Shown here in pieces: positions 34,936 to 37,448 of a DNA stretch of 37,448 nt. Position numbers and translations under genes: made by a program. A model generated the notes under the pieces. It searched no databases. It had not been told where the DNA came from and saw only the letters and a program-made list of their open reading frames with translations. The stretch is from NCBI GenBank assembly GCA_944385645.1, contig CALWYA010000001.1, positions 1 through 37,448 on the forward strand. The letters run 5' to 3'. Source of the DNA: an uncultured Oscillospiraceae bacterium (GTDB lineage Bacteria; Bacillota; Clostridia; Oscillospirales; Oscillospiraceae). Every line of letters starts with the position of its first letter. Within the stretch, counting starts at the first letter, position 1.

Positions 34936-35847
34936 ATGTCGAAACAATATCAAAATCTCATGTCCCAGCTGGACCGGCTCCACCGCCATAACCGGCAGGG
35001 GAGCTATCGCACCCGGGCCCGATACTATGAGGCCATGCAGCGGTTCTGCCGCTTCCTGGCCGACCGCTACCGCCTGGAGCGCCTGGCAAATATCGCCCCC
35101 AAGCACCTGGTGGCCTACGCTGCCTTCCTGCAGGACGCAGGCAAGGCCCCCTCCACCATCAAGACGGACCTGGCCGCCATCAGGTTCTATCATGACCGGA
35201 TGGACCACCCCCGCTACGAGCTGCCGGGAAACGAGCTGCTGGCTCTGCCCCGCCGCTCCTTCCTGGGCGTGGACCGCACCTGGAGCCCGGCCGAGTTCAG
35301 CCGGATGCTCTCCTATGCCCTGGAGCTGGGCCGGGAGGACATCATCACTGTCCTGCACCTCGGCCGCTATATGGCTCTGCGCATCCACGAGTGCTATCGT
35401 CTGGATACTGCGGCGGCCGCCAGGGCGCTCCGGGAAGATGCGCTCACGGTCAAAGGCAAGGGCGGCCTGGTCCGGACGGTACCGCTCCCTCCGATCCTGG
35501 TCCCCCGCCTGCAGCGCCACCTGGCGGAGATCCCCCGCGGTCACAAGCTCTTTGTCCCGGACGGGGTACCCACCCACCAGGCGATTCAGGAGCTCCAGGC
35601 CTTCATCCGCGTCCACCGCGCCTTCGCCCAGGATCCGGACTCCACCCGCCCCATGACCTTTCACGGCCTGCGGCACACCTGCGCGGCCCAATGGTACCGG
35701 GAATCCATCCAGGCCGGCCGCACCCCCTACGAGGCCCGTCTGGCGGTCTCCCGGCTCCTCGGCCACGGCCGGGACGATGTGACCAGGATCTATCTGGCTT
35801 CCGAGAAAGGGGGTGTCCGCCATGACGAAGCGGCCCACCTCCTTTGA
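34936..35847 (+). CDS. Second tyrosine recombinase (303 aa; SAM-like N-domain, no arm-binding domain)
   Basis: ATG after GAAAGGA; catalytic R (LRIHE), K (VKGKGG), HxxR (FHGLRH), LGH and Y (TRIYL) all present. Confidence 0.93.
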   Translation: MSKQYQNLMSQLDRLHRHNRQGSYRTRARYYEAMQRFCRFLADRYRLERLANIAPKHLVAYAAFLQDAGKAPSTIKTDLAAIRFYHDRMDHPRYELPGNELLALPRRSFLGVDRTWSPAEFSRMLSYALELGREDIITVLHLGRYMALRIHECYRLDTAAAARALREDALTVKGKGGLVRTVPLPPILVPRLQRHLAEIPRGHKLFVPDGVPTHQAIQELQAFIRVHRAFAQDPDSTRPMTFHGLRHTCAAQWYRESIQAGRTPYEARLAVSRLLGHGRDDVTRIYLASEKGGVRHDEAAHLL

Positions 35848-36049
35848 TGAGCTCCCCCTGCTGCTGCGGGTGGAGGAACTGATGCCGATCCTGGGTATCG
35901 GCCTGTCGTCCGCCTATGAGCTAGTCAACTCCGGTCAGATCAAGAGCATTAAGCTGGGGCGGACCCGGCAGACCCGCATCCTGAAGCAGGATGTGGAGGC
36001 CTTCTTAGAGCGCGGCTGTACCTCATACGATGACGACCTGTCCAAGTAA
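35822..36049 (+). CDS. xis: Excisionase (HTH_17-like)
   Basis: FDELPLLLRVEELMPILGIGLSSAYELVNSGQIKSIKLG; directly upstream of the integrase. Confidence 0.8.
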   Translation: MTKRPTSFDELPLLLRVEELMPILGIGLSSAYELVNSGQIKSIKLGRTRQTRILKQDVEAFLERGCTSYDDDLSK

Positions 36050-36106
36050 CAACAGGTCTGGTATCATACATGAGATCTCAGCTGTGCGGGGAAAGGAGGC
36101 TTTTAC

Positions 36107-37309
36107 ATGCCGCACAGAAGTCAAGGCACCCGGAATGCCGCCGGCGGCGGTTCTCTCCGGAAGAAAATCGTCAAGAAGGACGGAAAAGAATATCTATACT
36201 GGGAGGCTCGGTACACCGCCGGCTATGATCCCAGAACGGGGAAGCAAGTCCAGAGATCTATCACCGGCAAGACACAGAAGGAAGTGGTCCAGAAGCTGCG
36301 GCAAGTAACCGCGGAGATCGATCAGGGGGCCTATCAGGAGCCCTGCAAGCTAACTGTCGGCCAGTGGCTGGACATCTGGGCCCAGGACTACCTGACCAAC
36401 CTGAAACCCAGGACGCTGAATTCCTACCAGTCGGCCATCAGGAACCACCTGAAGCCGGCCTTCGAGAACATCAAGCTGGAGGATCTTCCCCCGCACATGG
36501 TCCAGCGGTACTTCAATTCCCTTCAGCAGGCCGGCAAGGGCAAGAAGCCGCTGGCACCCAAAAGCATCCACAATCTTCACGGCGTTCTCCACAAGGCCAT
36601 GCAGCAGGCGGTGGAGCTGGGGTACCTGCGTCGCAATCCAGCGGCCCTGTGCAAGCTCCCACGGATGACCAGGGCCGAGATCAAGCCCCTGGACGATGAG
36701 GCCATCAGACGCTTCCTGACGGCCATCAAGGGCCATCCGTTCGAGGCCATCTACCTTGTTACCATCTTCACCGGGATGCGGCAGGGGGAGGTCCTGGGGC
36801 TGTCCTGGGATTCCATCGACTTCGAGAAGGGGACGATCTACATCCGCCAGCAGCTCCAGCGCAACCGAAGCACCGGCCAATACGAGCTGATTACCCCGAA
36901 GCATGACAAATGCCGGCTGATCACGCCGGCCAGTACAGTCATGGCCACACTTCGGGAACAGTCCAGGAGACAGGCGGCCTGGCGGCTCGCCGTGGGGGAG
37001 GCCTGGGAAAATACCGGCTTGGTCTTCACGGATCCGCTCGGGCACAATTTGTCCTCGCAAACCGTATACCTGCACTTCAAGAAACTGGTGGAAAAGGCCG
37101 GCTGCCCCAAAGCCAGGTTCCACGATCTGCGCCACAGCTATGCTGTCGCCGCCCTCCAAAGCGGGGACGATGTAAAGACCATCCAGGAAAATCTTGGCCA
37201 CCACTCAGCCGCTTTCACCCTGGATGTCTACTGCCACGTCACCGAAAAAATGCGGAAGGACAGCGCTGACCGCATGGAGCAATTTATTCAGGACGTCTCC
37301 AGCTCCTAA
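36107..37309 (+). CDS. int: Prophage integrase (tyrosine recombinase with N-terminal arm-binding domain)
   Basis: WEARYTAG.DP.TGKQ..RSITGKTQKEV; TGMRQGE, FHDLRHSYA, LGH, TLDVYCH; at the prophage end. Confidence 0.96.
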   Translation: MPHRSQGTRNAAGGGSLRKKIVKKDGKEYLYWEARYTAGYDPRTGKQVQRSITGKTQKEVVQKLRQVTAEIDQGAYQEPCKLTVGQWLDIWAQDYLTNLKPRTLNSYQSAIRNHLKPAFENIKLEDLPPHMVQRYFNSLQQAGKGKKPLAPKSIHNLHGVLHKAMQQAVELGYLRRNPAALCKLPRMTRAEIKPLDDEAIRRFLTAIKGHPFEAIYLVTIFTGMRQGEVLGLSWDSIDFEKGTIYIRQQLQRNRSTGQYELITPKHDKCRLITPASTVMATLREQSRRQAAWRLAVGEAWENTGLVFTDPLGHNLSSQTVYLHFKKLVEKAGCPKARFHDLRHSYAVAALQSGDDVKTIQENLGHHSAAFTLDVYCHVTEKMRKDSADRMEQFIQDVSSS

Positions 37310-37315
37310 GGCCCT

Positions 37316-37335
37316 AAAGGGAAAAATAAGGGAAA
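37316..37335 (+). repeat. Integrase arm-type binding sites, right
   Basis: AAAGGGAAA-AAT-AAGGGAAA, same motif and 12-bp period as 604-624. Confidence 0.65.
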
Positions 37336-37448
37336 CTCCCCCCGCCAAAGCATAGAAAAACCCCGGAACCCTTGGCTTAACAGTGATAAGGAACTAAATC
37401 ACTTATCAACTGTTAGCTGACGGTTTTCGGGTGCATACGAAACTCCCG

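Larger units (their letters stand above)
466..37448. mobile_element. Integrated temperate prophage (HK97-like head, contractile Xkd/PBSX-like tail); right att core beyond the window edge
   Basis: Complete module order int-xis-repressor-replication-terminase-portal-capsid-sheath-baseplate-holin-endolysin; tRNA 3' remnant at the left end; shared arm-type repeats at 604-624 and 37316-37335. Confidence 0.93.

Overview
Almost the whole window (about 466 to the right edge) is one GC-rich temperate prophage, apparently nearly complete. It has an HK97-type head and a PBSX/Xkd-type contractile tail, and the host is probably an Oscillospiraceae-like Clostridia (inferred from gene style only). The left boundary is a 24-bp tRNA 3'-end remnant (466-489), and matching tandem AAGGGAAA arm-type boxes lie near both ends; the right att core is not in the window. 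Right to left the order is: integrase and Xis, a second tyrosine recombinase preceded by about 0.94 kb of promoter-driven and highly structured non-coding sequence, the CI/Cro switch with an inserted low-GC moron, replication (initiator with iterons, DnaB, ParA, DUF3102, PcfK/PcfJ-like, HUH Rep), packaging, head, tail and lysis. The best candidate for an undescribed system is the large structured RNA plus second tyrosine recombinase module (33796-35847). Other oddities: a triple-HTH protein in the tail-fibre slot with no fibre gene, a SLATT-like membrane protein paired with an unannotated poly-proline peptide, a type I toxin-antitoxin-like cassette and a membrane moron inside the tail operon, and several small RNAs. 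Protein family calls come from motif recognition and synteny by eye; no database searches were run.
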